DNA of 61,018 nt, the filler included, from Candidatus Babelota bacterium (GTDB lineage: Bacteria > JAGOBX01): the NCBI GenBank assembly GCA_017999075.1. It is 10 parts of 10 records of this genome, joined end to end, with 100 filler letters (N's around TTAATTAATTAA, not from the genome) between each part and the next. Parts side by side here need not be neighbours in the genome. Positions count along the whole stretch, not along the records: positions 6,153 to 12,198 come from JAGOBX010000238.1; positions 12,299 to 18,305 come from JAGOBX010000239.1; positions 18,406 to 24,442 come from JAGOBX010000240.1; 7 more parts are not named here. One strand, given 5' to 3'. The translations under genes were made by a program, and so were the position numbers. Under the pieces are notes generated by a model. The model was not told the origin of the DNA, ran no database searches, and saw only the letters and a program-made list of their open reading frames with translations. Below are positions 10,335-20,188 of the stretch, one piece after another. The number at the start of each line of letters is the position of its first letter. Position 1 is the first letter of the stretch.

Positions 10335-12198
10335 ATGAGTCAAGTAATAAATAAAGATAGATTGAATAATTTAGCGAATGAAATATGGAAATCTGCGGAG
10401 CGTCTGCGCGGTAAATTTAAGGCATATGAATATCAAACTGTTATACTGCCTATTATCGTTATCAGGCGCCTTGAATGCGTATTGATAAAATGGCGGGAAG
10501 AACAAACCGAAAAATTAATAAAATCACAAAAAAATATTACTGAAAAAGAATTGCAGAAATTATGTAAACAGCTTGAGTTGAATCCTCAGCGTTCGCCTTT
10601 TTCAAATAAAACTAATTGGACTTTACGCAAGATTTATGAGGAAGACCATACCTTGATGGAACAGAATTTCCGCGATTATATAAACGGATTTTCTGATAAT
10701 GTTCAGGAAATAATCGAACATTTTAATTATCGCGCTGTTATCGGGCAAATGGTTAAAAATGCGCGGTTAGCTCCGATTCTTAATCAATATTCTAATTTGG
10801 ATTTAGGCGCTGATTCTTTGTCTAATCTTGAAATGGGCTATATTTACGAAGAATTATTGAGACGGTTCTCAGAACAGAGCGGCGAAGAGGCAGGAGAACA
10901 TTTTACGCCTCGCGAGGTTATCAGGTTAATGGTTGAACTTATGGATATTCCAATACCTGAAAAACATATTTCGATTTATGATCCGGCGTGCGGAACAGGC
11001 GGTATGCTGTCAGTAGCAAAAGAACATTTATTTGATAAAGCCAAAAGCGATACTGAACGGAAAAATGTAGAAAATTATGTAACTGTTCACGGTCAGGAAT
11101 TACAGCCTGCTAATTATGCAATTTGTAAAGCTGATATGCTGATTAAAAATGATAAGAATGCAGAAATATACTGGGGCAATTCTTTAATACCGCATATTCA
11201 GCACAGTAAAGACCCGGGCGATCAGCTTGCAAGCGATAAACATAATTTTGATTTTATGTTGAGTAATCCGCCTTTCGGCGTAACCTGGGGCGGTAAAGAC
11301 GGATATGAAACCGAAGCGCGTAAATTGCAAGCAACGCGGTATAAAGCGGGTATGCCGCGCACAAATGACGGAGCATTATTATTTTTACAGACAATGCTTG
11401 CTAAAATAAAACCGATTGAGAAAGGCGGCAGTAAAATAGCAATTATTTTCAATGGTTCGCCGTTAAGTAATGGCGACTGCGGTTCGGGTGAAAGCGAAAT
11501 CAGACGCTGGATTTTAGAAAATGACTGGCTTGACGCTATTGTGATGCTGCCTGACCAATTATTTTATAACACTGGAATTTTTACTTATATCTGGTTATTA
11601 ACGAATAATAAACCTAAAACGCATAAAAATAAAGTATTGCTGATTGACGCAAGAAAACAATATGAAAAAGAGCCGAAAGCATTTGGCAATAAGCGTAACA
11701 GAATTATTGATGAACACAGGAAATGGATTAAAGAACAATATAAAAACGGCTGGAAAACCGATTATAAAAACGATTCTGTCAAATTATTTAACACGACCGA
11801 TTTTGCATTTCATAAAGTCAGCGTGGTTTTCTGGCAGACTGATGAATACGATAAACCCGCGTATATAACTGAAATATTCGATAAAAGTTTAACGCCTGCA
11901 AATATTAAATCAATCCAGCAATTTTACGACAGCGATATTGAATTTAAGATTACAGGTAAATCTGAAAAATCAGTTCATAAAATTTCGTTTACTCTCAAAC
12001 CAAAAGATACTTTTTCAAAATTATATGAGCGAGAAATAAAAAAAGTTTTTGAAGAAGAAATAAAGATTTTAGTGAAAAATATTAAGAATAATTCCTATAA
12101 AAATAAATTGATAAAAAAATTTATTAATTCATTGGAAATAACCGCTGAATATACGCACAGGCATTATGTTACGGATAATGAATATATAAAGTTTGGCG
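10335..12198 (+). CDS. hsdM: Type I restriction-modification N6-adenine methyltransferase subunit (3'-truncated)
   Basis: IWKSAERLRG N-terminus; GEHFTPREV; DPACGTGG (motif I); SNPPFG (motif IV); FYNTGI. Confidence 0.95.
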
Positions 12199-12298
12199 NN
12201 NNNNNNNNNNNNNNNNNNNNNNNNNNNNNNNNNNNNNNNNNNTTAATTAATTAANNNNNNNNNNNNNNNNNNNNNNNNNNNNNNNNNNNNNNNNNNNN
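12199..12298. other. Artificial contig linker
   Basis: N44-TTAATTAATTAA-N44. Confidence 0.99.
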
Positions 12299-12419
12299 AT
12301 GCGCCGACGTCAGTAGAATAAATATTAAAATAATAATAATTAATACAAAATAAAAAAAGTTTTAATGTTATTATTACAGAAATCAGGAAAAATAATATTA
12401 TTTTACTTATTTTATTCAT
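12299..12419 (-). CDS. N-terminus of a membrane protein (truncated), possibly a GT-C-type transferase
   Basis: MNKISKIILFFLISVIITLKLFLFCINYYYFNIYSTDVGA runs off the contig edge; a TM followed by an Asp-containing loop. Confidence 0.5.
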
Positions 12420-12442
12420 TCTACTAATTAAAAAAATATAAT

Positions 12443-13402
12443 TTATTTTTGAAAAATATTTTTAATATTTCTTTTCCTTTTAGTCAAATCTTTTCGATGG
12501 CGATAAAAAAAATCAAAACTGATTTTTTTTAATAATAATAATTGAATACTGATAAAAATTGTTATTATTCCTAAATAAAATAATATCGAATCAAAATTAA
12601 TTATTCGGGCATTCAATATAAAAGCAGCAAAAATAAAAAAAGAACCGCAACTGAACAATAGAGAACCTGCAAGACCGGCATAATATGCTAAATTTTCATT
12701 AAAAGTTATTGTCAAAAGAATAGTCATTATATCCAGTATGGCCATTCCTGAACGTTTAAAAAAAGAATATTTAGATTCACCCAAATTTCTACGGTAATGT
12801 TTTACAGGCATTTCTTTAACTGAAAAATTTTGTTTATGAGCAAATACAACAGCAAACCTGTACAAATCTCCGTATAAAGATAAATAATCAATAACTTCTT
12901 TTTTAAAACATTTCAATCCGGAAAAAAAATCTCTAAAATTAAGACCTGAAAGTTTTCTTATAATTGAATTGAAAATCAATGAAGTTACAATGACAGACTT
13001 ATTATCCTCTCTGGAAATTCTTTTACCGGATATAACATCAAATCCATTTTCCAATTCAAGTATCATCGAAGGAATATCTGATGGATCGTATTGAAGATCG
13101 CTGTCAATAATAACAATATATTTTCCTTTAGCATATTCAAATCCTGTTTCGAGAGCAGCAGCTTTACCATTTTTTTTATATAAATTAATTGCCGTAACAT
13201 TAGAATTTTCATTATATAACTCAAAAATTTCTTTTTCTGAGCTGTCAGTAGAGCCATCATTAATAAAAATGATTTCAAAACTTCGGCCGAATTCTGATAA
13301 TGATTTTTCTATACTCTTAAAATGTTCTTTTAAATTTAAAGATTCATTATGAAGTGGAGATACTACGCTGATTTCAATTTCAAAATTATTTTTATTTAAC
13401 AT
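12443..13402 (-). CDS. GT2 polyprenyl-phosphate glycosyltransferase (ArnC/DPM1-like)
   Basis: ISVVSPLHNE, INDGSTD, GKAAAL, IDSDLQYDP; two C-terminal TMs; ATG 13402 follows an AAGGAAGG RBS. Confidence 0.9.
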   Translation of the reverse strand: MLNKNNFEIEISVVSPLHNESLNLKEHFKSIEKSLSEFGRSFEIIFINDGSTDSSEKEIFELYNENSNVTAINLYKKNGKAAALETGFEYAKGKYIVIIDSDLQYDPSDIPSMILELENGFDVISGKRISREDNKSVIVTSLIFNSIIRKLSGLNFRDFFSGLKCFKKEVIDYLSLYGDLYRFAVVFAHKQNFSVKEMPVKHYRRNLGESKYSFFKRSGMAILDIMTILLTITFNENLAYYAGLAGSLLFSCGSFFIFAAFILNARIINFDSILFYLGIITIFISIQLLLLKKISFDFFYRHRKDLTKRKRNIKNIFQK

Positions 13403-13412
13403 GAAACCTTCC

Positions 13413-14351
13413 TTATTCATAACATAATTTTTCTAAAACTCCGGTTATTGATAAAGACCTTTTGATATTCGAACTATTTTTACCGTGTAAAACCGAATGA
13501 AAATTTTTCAAAGCAAGGTTTAAATTATTATTTTCGTCAAATTCATAAAATTTAGTTGCTTTTATAAGTTCGGTTTCAGTTAAGGCTTCAGTTCTGTAAT
13601 ATTCAGTAATGGTTATAACTTTTTTTTCCAGAGGAGTATAGTATATAGTTCCTTTTTCTCCGTAAATAATAATTTTTTTTTCTCGTATTGGAGAATGCAG
13701 ATTCAAATTCATAACACCCGAACAGTTGTGTTTCGAAGAATAGAATGTAACGACAGAACTGGTAACAATGTCATTATTTTTCATTAGAGGAATTGGTGAA
13801 AAAACACATTCGTCTATAGGTAAAAATAAATCAAGTATCGAAAGAGCATGCGATCCAAGCAGATAATAAATATTATACGGTAAAAATCTGCCGAGCTGAT
13901 TTAATGAAATTTCAATACTTTGAATATTCCCTATATGTTTTTTTTCAATAAGTTTTTTGACATAATCTAAAGCAGCAGAATAAGTATATGTATAATCCGT
14001 TTCAATTATTTTATTTTTTTCAGAAGAAATCCGGTTTAACTCCAAAGCTTCTTTTAACCGCATTGTAATAGGTTTTTCAATTAAAATATTTTTTGAATGC
14101 TCAAGCATTTTCAATGCTATTTCATAATGAGTATTTATCGGAGTGGCGATTATCACATTGGGAATATCTTCATTATTCAATATTGTTTCAATATCTGAAA
14201 TAAATTTTTTTTCGGGATTTTCCAAACTTCTAATTTTTTCAAACGAAGGCGCAAAAACAAAGCAAAGATTGAAATATTCGCTTTTTTTAAGATAATTATA
14301 ATACTTTTTTCCCCAATACCCGTATCCTATCAATGCAACATTATCTTTCAT
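13413..14351 (-). CDS. Gfo/Idh/MocA family NAD(P)-dependent oxidoreductase
   Basis: IGYGYWG, IATPINTH and IEKP motifs. Confidence 0.9.
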   Translation of the reverse strand: MKDNVALIGYGYWGKKYYNYLKKSEYFNLCFVFAPSFEKIRSLENPEKKFISDIETILNNEDIPNVIIATPINTHYEIALKMLEHSKNILIEKPITMRLKEALELNRISSEKNKIIETDYTYTYSAALDYVKKLIEKKHIGNIQSIEISLNQLGRFLPYNIYYLLGSHALSILDLFLPIDECVFSPIPLMKNNDIVTSSVVTFYSSKHNCSGVMNLNLHSPIREKKIIIYGEKGTIYYTPLEKKVITITEYYRTEALTETELIKATKFYEFDENNNLNLALKNFHSVLHGKNSSNIKRSLSITGVLEKLCYE

Positions 14352-14354
14352 ATT

Positions 14355-15464
14355 TTACAATTTCCCTTTATTCCATGCATCATTAATTTCAAGAGCAATT
14401 CTGTTACATCTTGCTCCAGAAGAAAAACAAATGCCGGCATCCCATTCAGAATTATTATTAGCTGCCACCATTTTGTTAAATTCAATCAAATTATCGGGAA
14501 TTTTTCCTAATATTGAATGAATAAAAGTAGGGCTTGCAGAACTTGAACATTTGTATACATTTCCGTCTGCGCCGAGAGTTATTTGATAATAACTGTAAAT
14601 ACATTTTGAATAATTCATTTTTTCAACATCCTGATATTCCGGAGAATGCCAGAAAATATACGGTTTTTCATTATGCGAATCAGATAAAAACGGCAATATT
14701 GTATTTCGACAAATATTTCCGAATTTATTTTCGAATTTTTTTTTATATTTTTTCACCTCATCAAATTTTTTTCCGTACAAATCATATGGAATAGAAAATC
14801 TTAATGTGTCAACTCCAATTTTTTTCATTATCTCAACAATCTCTGAAATTTCTTCAGGAGAAGAATTAAATTCATTCAGAAGGTAACAGATTCTAATTGC
14901 AGGTTCGCGTTTTGAATTTCTAAGTTCAGTTAAAATTTTTATGCCTTTTAATATTTCAGTGAACCAATCTTTTTTTATATTTTTAGTTCTGCAATGACTT
15001 TCTTTTCTGCCCGCATCTAAGCTTATTGAAATATAATCGCCTACAGAATCACCGTTTTTTATAATCCATGAACATAACCCATTTTTTTTTTCACAGTCCG
15101 ACAATAATGAACCGTTTGTATATATTCCGAAACTATTTTTATATTTCTTAGTTAGTTTTAAATAATCAAGCAAATATTTATTCATTAAAGGTTCTGTATA
15201 AGCTCCGCCGTAAATATAAAATGGTATAGCGCCTTTCAATTGTTCTATTATCTTTAATCCATCTTTTTCCCAATTTCCTAATGGCCGTTTTAATATTCTG
15301 CCCTGACAATAATAACAATCGAAATTACATGTTTTTATTCCATCCCCAGGCAAATGAACTTCCATTTGTCTTGGATAAATTAATTTTCCATTAAATATTT
15401 TATTTAAATCATTATTCAAATGATTCCTTATTATTCCAAGATAATCATAAGATTCAGGACGCAT
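14355..15464 (-). CDS. Radical SAM protein with SPASM/twitch-like C-terminal domain
   Basis: CNFDCYYC (CxxxCxxC), GGAYTEP, TNG, ISLDA; C-terminal C...ADGNVYKC...C...C. Confidence 0.9.
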   Translation of the reverse strand: MRPESYDYLGIIRNHLNNDLNKIFNGKLIYPRQMEVHLPGDGIKTCNFDCYYCQGRILKRPLGNWEKDGLKIIEQLKGAIPFYIYGGAYTEPLMNKYLLDYLKLTKKYKNSFGIYTNGSLLSDCEKKNGLCSWIIKNGDSVGDYISISLDAGRKESHCRTKNIKKDWFTEILKGIKILTELRNSKREPAIRICYLLNEFNSSPEEISEIVEIMKKIGVDTLRFSIPYDLYGKKFDEVKKYKKKFENKFGNICRNTILPFLSDSHNEKPYIFWHSPEYQDVEKMNYSKCIYSYYQITLGADGNVYKCSSSASPTFIHSILGKIPDNLIEFNKMVAANNNSEWDAGICFSSGARCNRIALEINDAWNKGKL

Positions 15465-15575
15465 TTAATTATTCCTGTTTAATTAGTAATATATTATGCT
15501 TTGAAATAATTAGTTTACAAAATAAAATTATTAACACTGTTTTTATTGATTATACGTTAAACTTTTGTAAACTAA

Positions 15576-17435
15576 TTATTTCAAAACAGCGTATTTTGTG
15601 AATTCATCCAAAACAAATGAATTCCATAGAAACAATCTGTTATCATTTTTTAAACTTTTATGTTCATCATTTTTTTTTATAATAATTTTTCTGGAGTTTC
15701 GATTCCAAAAATCAGACGGTTCAAATTTTATTGTTTTATCATAAAACCACCTGGATAGCGGCGAACTAAGTCCGATTTTTTTTTTCCATACAATTTTTTC
15801 AGGTAAAAATGCATCAAAGGATTTTTTCAAAATATATTTCGGCTCTCCGTTTTTAAGTTTCAAATTTGACGGTATTTTCCTGACGCAATTAATTACATCT
15901 ATGTCCAAAAAAGGAACTCTGACTTCCAAACCATTCATCATACTCAACCTATCGACTTTTGTCAATATCTGTTCCTGCAGAAAAATTTTTCCATAAAACT
16001 CAAGAGTTTTATCTGTATAATTTTCCGATTTGCATTCTTCCCATGCTTCTATAGCTTCTGAATATAATTCTTCAAGAACAACAGGTTCTCCGGCAATTTC
16101 GTTTAACTCTTCAAATGAAACCGGACTTAACCACATCGGATTCCACAAAGACGATTTTTTATTATATCCTTTCAGCAATCTTTCTAATTTAAATCTAAAA
16201 GTCATATATGAATGATTTACAGGAATCTTTGATAAAATCGAAATCAATCCCCGATAACATTTTTGAGGAAGAAACGTTTCCATCATTTTCATTATTTTTA
16301 AGGCTTTAAAGGTATCATATCCTGCAAACAACTCATCTCCGGCATCGCCGCCCAATATAACTGTAACTTTTTTTTTGGCATTTCTACACAGCAGATAATA
16401 CGAATACATTGAACTGTCGCTAAAAGGTTCGTCAAGTAACGAAAACATTTCTTTATGAATTTCCGGATGTATTTCAGAAGAAATAGTTGATACTGAATGT
16501 TCAGTTTTAATTAAATCAGAAACAAATAATGCATCTTGTGTTTCATCAAATCCAGGCTCAAGAAAACGAATTGAAAAAGAATTTATGGTTGATTTATCCA
16601 TTTTTTTTTTAGCTAAATACGAAACAATCGAAGAGTCAAGTCCACCGCTTAAAAATAATCCTAAAGGAACATCTGAAACAAGTCTGCGCTCTACTGCCTG
16701 AGACAAACAACCTATAATTTCATCTGTCCAATACTTTTCATTTTTTGAATAGTCCGGTTCAATTGAATATGTCCAATATCTTTGTATATCATATTTAAAA
16801 GTTTCAATATCAAAAACAAGATTATGCCCGCCTTTTAATTTATATATATCTTTATAAATTGTTTTATCTCCGGGGAAATATCCGTATCCATGATATTTCT
16901 GAATATTTTTCTTTGAAATATGTAATTCTAAAAAATTATGTTTTTTAAAAGCTTTCAGTTCTGAAGCGAATGCAAATACCCCGTTTTGCAAAGTGTAATA
17001 TAGCGGTTTTTTACCAAAACGGTCGCGGCTTATAAAAAATTTTTTATTTTTTTTGTCGAATATAACAAACGCCCACATTCCGTTTAACATACCGGCAATG
17101 TCGTATTTCCATTCTTTATATCCATGCAGCAGTATTTCAGTGTCAGAATGCGATGATTTAAATTTATATCCTGATAATTCTAATTTTTTACGTAATTCTC
17201 TATCATTATATATTTGACCATTATATATAATTACAAGATCGTTATCTTCGGTTTTCATAGGCTGGCATCCGCCAATTCTATCTCTGATTATCAAACGTCT
17301 GTGTCCCAAAAAAACCGGATAACGATCATCCTGATAAATACCAAATTCGTCCGGGCCTCTGTGAAATAGAGTATGTGTCATTGATTCAAGAACGGATTTG
17401 TCTCCATTTCCATAAAATCCTGTTATTCCGCACAT
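15576..17435 (-). CDS. asnB: Asparagine synthase-like glutamine amidotransferase
   Basis: MCGITG, HRGPD, RDRFGKKPLYY, LSGGLDSS, GDAGDELFAGY, EVRVPFLD. Confidence 0.95.
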   Translation of the reverse strand: MCGITGFYGNGDKSVLESMTHTLFHRGPDEFGIYQDDRYPVFLGHRRLIIRDRIGGCQPMKTEDNDLVIIYNGQIYNDRELRKKLELSGYKFKSSHSDTEILLHGYKEWKYDIAGMLNGMWAFVIFDKKNKKFFISRDRFGKKPLYYTLQNGVFAFASELKAFKKHNFLELHISKKNIQKYHGYGYFPGDKTIYKDIYKLKGGHNLVFDIETFKYDIQRYWTYSIEPDYSKNEKYWTDEIIGCLSQAVERRLVSDVPLGLFLSGGLDSSIVSYLAKKKMDKSTINSFSIRFLEPGFDETQDALFVSDLIKTEHSVSTISSEIHPEIHKEMFSLLDEPFSDSSMYSYYLLCRNAKKKVTVILGGDAGDELFAGYDTFKALKIMKMMETFLPQKCYRGLISILSKIPVNHSYMTFRFKLERLLKGYNKKSSLWNPMWLSPVSFEELNEIAGEPVVLEELYSEAIEAWEECKSENYTDKTLEFYGKIFLQEQILTKVDRLSMMNGLEVRVPFLDIDVINCVRKIPSNLKLKNGEPKYILKKSFDAFLPEKIVWKKKIGLSSPLSRWFYDKTIKFEPSDFWNRNSRKIIIKKNDEHKSLKNDNRLFLWNSFVLDEFTKYAVLK

Positions 17436-17477
17436 TTTTTTCTATAAACCTTAAAAATAAAAAAATATATAAACAAA

Positions 17478-18286
17478 TTATTTTTTTTCTGATTGTACCG
17501 CAGCAGCAATCCTGATTAACGCTTTTTTTAAAATTGAACGGGGACAAGCTATATTTATGCGGTAAAAACCGCTGCCTTCTTTTTCTCCAAAAGTTCTTCC
17601 ATCGTTCAATCCGACCTTTGCTTTTTGAAAAATAACTTTTCTTAGAGTTTCCAAAGAGAAATTTAAAGCATTAAAATCAAGCCATACCAGATATGTCGCT
17701 TCAAGGTCAAATATTCTTATTTCAGGCAATTTTTTTTGAAAAAAACTTTTTAAAAAAAGATAATTTTCATAAATATAGTTCAATGCTTGTTCGAGCCATG
17801 GTTCTCCATATTTATAAGCCGCTATTGAAGCTGCCATTCCAAACTGGTTTGGTTCTACCAGTCCATTCCGTTTATAAAGAAAAAGTTTAAGTCTTTTTCT
17901 TAATACACTGTTCGCTATAATTATATTTGACGTCTGCAGTCCTGCCAGATTAAATGTTTTGCCTGGAGCAGAACATACAGCCGATATCATTGAATTTTTT
18001 TTTGAAATTGTCGGAAACGGGATATGTTTGAAAGGTTTATAAACCAAATCTGAATGCATCTCATCTGAAACCACAAAAACATTATGTTTAACGCAAAGTT
18101 TTCCCATTCGTGTTAGCTCTTCTTTATTCCAAACTCGGCCTACCGGATTATGCGGGCTGCATAATAAAAACATTGTTGTTTTCTTATCTTTTATTTTTTT
18201 TTCAAAATCATTAAAATCTATATGATATCTGCCGTCTCTGATAATCAGAGGATTGACAAGAATCCGCCTTTCATTACTGCTAATAG
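17478..18286 (-). CDS. MalY/PatB family PLP enzyme (cystathionine beta-lyase-like), 5'-truncated
   Basis: LCSPHNPVGRVW, SDEMH, GKTFNLAGL, ATYLVWLD, RINIACP; frame is open upstream to the contig end. Confidence 0.9.
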
Positions 18287-18305
18287 CTGTCTCTTATAAA
18301 CATAT
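18287..18305. other. Nextera/Tn5 mosaic-end adapter remnant
   Basis: CTGTCTCTTATAAACATAT matches CTGTCTCTTATACACATCT at 17/19 and sits exactly at the contig end. Confidence 0.85.
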
Positions 18306-18405
18306 NNNNNNNNNNNNNNNNNNNNNNNNNNNNNNNNNNNNNNNNNNNNTTAATTAATTAANNNNNNNNNNNNNNNNNNNNNNNNNNNNNNNNNNNNNNN
18401 NNNNN
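18306..18405. other. Artificial contig linker
   Basis: N44-TTAATTAATTAA-N44. Confidence 0.99.
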
Positions 18406-18406
18406 T

Positions 18407-19876
18407 GCATTATGCAAAAAAAACGGATTAAACAAAAATTTAAAAATAATGAGCGCGTTTTTCGCGCTTTTATATATATCTTTTTCAAGAACATATTGGA
18501 CAGAATCAATTTCGGCTGAAGTTTATATTCTGCATATACTTGCAATAACTTCAATGCTTGAATTGATGTTATTTGACAATTTAATATCGAATAAACCTGT
18601 ATTATATTCAACAACAGCAGGTATCATTGCAGGCATATCATTCAGCAATCATTCATCTATCATATTTATAATTCCGGTTTTTATAATTACACTTATGCTA
18701 CGAACAAAAAAGCTGAAGCATATTTTAATTTTTATACTAATGGCAGTGATGGTATGGCTTATATTCAATCTGGATATGATGATGAGGGCAAAGTCTAATC
18801 CGGAATTAAATTTAGGAAATCCGTCAGACATTAAATCATTGGTTAAAACCGTAACCATGTCGCAATATAAAAATTTGGTAAAATATCCGCTTTTTAATAA
18901 TGCAAAAATTAATTTTTTAAAAAATAATTTCAATAATGAATTTGATTACATTTTTCTAATAATTTCTTTAGCAGGGTTCGTTTTTATACAAAAACTTTCA
19001 AAAAAAATTTTTGTAATATTATTTTCTGTATTTGTTGTTTTTGGTATTTCCATATTCGGATTTTACAGACAGGTATCGTATGAAGCTGTATTAGAAACAA
19101 TATATGTTTTTTTTCTTCCATTATACGTTATATTGACAATATCATTCGGTTATGGATTATACGTCATATTTTCATATTTTTTCAGTACCGGCATTTTTCT
19201 GAAAAAATTAACAGGTGCAACGCTTTTGATTGTATTAACATTAATGTTAATAATAAATTTTACAGAAAATTTTAATTACAACAATATGAGGGATATTGAC
19301 ATTTGCGATTTATATACGGAAGATATTCTTAATGAAACCGGGAAAAACGGCATACTACTGACTGATGATGATAATATTGTTTATTCGATATGGTATAACC
19401 AAATGGTTTTAAAGCGGTACAGAGACAGACTGGTAATTCATCCTGAATTATTAAAAACAAAATGGTTTTTAAAAACAGACGCAAGGAAGTTGTCTGATAT
19501 TTCAGAGTATATCGATAAATTCCGAAACAATATATCAGTGATAGCATTCACCGATAAATTAAAACAGTCAACTCAAGGAAGAAGCTTATTCGGTTTAACC
19601 GATAAAATGGTTATTGAAAATAACATGCATTTAACAAATTTTGAAGGTTATAATATTATCGATAAAATTAAAAAGTACAAATATTCCGCTTTTTATAACA
19701 AAAAGGTTTATTATATATTGAAACATTATTCAATAGCGTATACTGTAAAAGGTATTTTATACGCAAGAAATAAACAGTTTAAAAATGCCGAAAAATGTTT
19801 TTTAAATGCGCTTGAATGTGATGGAGATAATATTGACGCAAAACGCAATTTGATGCTGGTAAAAAAAGAAAATTAA
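18407..19876 (+). CDS. DUF2723/TMEM260-like GT-C membrane protein with C-terminal TPR (5'-truncated)
   Basis: FSRTYWTESISAEVY, GISFSNH, RAKSNPELNLGNP, DDDNIVYSIWY; C-terminal TPR-like helix pair. Confidence 0.8.
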   Translation, partial: ALCKKNGLNKNLKIMSAFFALLYISFSRTYWTESISAEVYILHILAITSMLELMLFDNLISNKPVLYSTTAGIIAGISFSNHSSIIFIIPVFIITLMLRTKKLKHILIFILMAVMVWLIFNLDMMMRAKSNPELNLGNPSDIKSLVKTVTMSQYKNLVKYPLFNNAKINFLKNNFNNEFDYIFLIISLAGFVFIQKLSKKIFVILFSVFVVFGISIFGFYRQVSYEAVLETIYVFFLPLYVILTISFGYGLYVIFSYFFSTGIFLKKLTGATLLIVLTLMLIINFTENFNYNNMRDIDICDLYTEDILNETGKNGILLTDDDNIVYSIWYNQMVLKRYRDRLVIHPELLKTKWFLKTDARKLSDISEYIDKFRNNISVIAFTDKLKQSTQGRSLFGLTDKMVIENNMHLTNFEGYNIIDKIKKYKYSAFYNKKVYYILKHYSIAYTVKGILYARNKQFKNAEKCFLNALECDGDNIDAKRNLMLVKKEN

Positions 19877-19883
19877 AATTATA

Positions 19884-19912
19884 TTGCGTAATTTTTCGGC
19901 ATGTGTTATTAT
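19884..19912 (+). promoter_or_regulatory. sigma70 promoter with extended -10
   Basis: TTGCGT-17 nt-TATTAT, preceded by TGn. Confidence 0.55.
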
Positions 19913-19918
19913 TGAGAT

Positions 19919-20032
19919 TACTGTAAATCAGTTATGCATTCGCCGGATTGATTCCCCGGCGGCTGACCTGACTCATTTACTTCCTCTAACGCTGCTAATC
20001 CTTAATGCCCTCAAGGGTTAGCAGCCCTTTTT
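19919..20032 (+). ncRNA. Candidate structured small RNA or cis-regulatory leader, family unassigned
   Basis: GC-rich island in AT-rich DNA with a long interrupted hairpin (GTAAAT/ATTTAC, AGTTA/TGACT, CGCCGG/CCGGCG) followed by a terminator. Confidence 0.45.
19991..20032 (+). terminator. Intrinsic terminator
   Basis: 13-bp stem GCTGCTAATCCTT/AAGGGTTAGCAGC (one U-G pair, favouring the + strand) followed by CCTTTTT. Confidence 0.75.
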
Positions 20033-20188
20033 ACAAAAATTATTTAACAAAAAAAAGCTGCACATAAAAATAAATTGTATTTTTTCCATAATATAATACA
20101 ATTCCTGTTTTTATTTTGCTTTTAGATTTTATATATTGCTGCAGTAACTTTTTAAAATGTTCAATTTTCTTGATTTTGCTTTAAATTA

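Noticed and set aside
18287-18305. Tn5/IS50-like end suggesting a transposon
   Set aside because: Matches the Nextera mosaic end at the exact contig terminus; a library artefact.
19914-19970. Intact tRNA-Tyr (CTGTAAA loop)
   Set aside because: The anticodon stem does not pair, there is no D-arm or acceptor stem, and the T-loop is non-canonical.
19930-19975. GTCAGG...GCA on the - strand resembling SRP RNA helix 8
   Set aside because: Lacks the GNRA tetraloop and the CAGG/AGCA symmetric loop geometry; G-U pairs favour the + strand.
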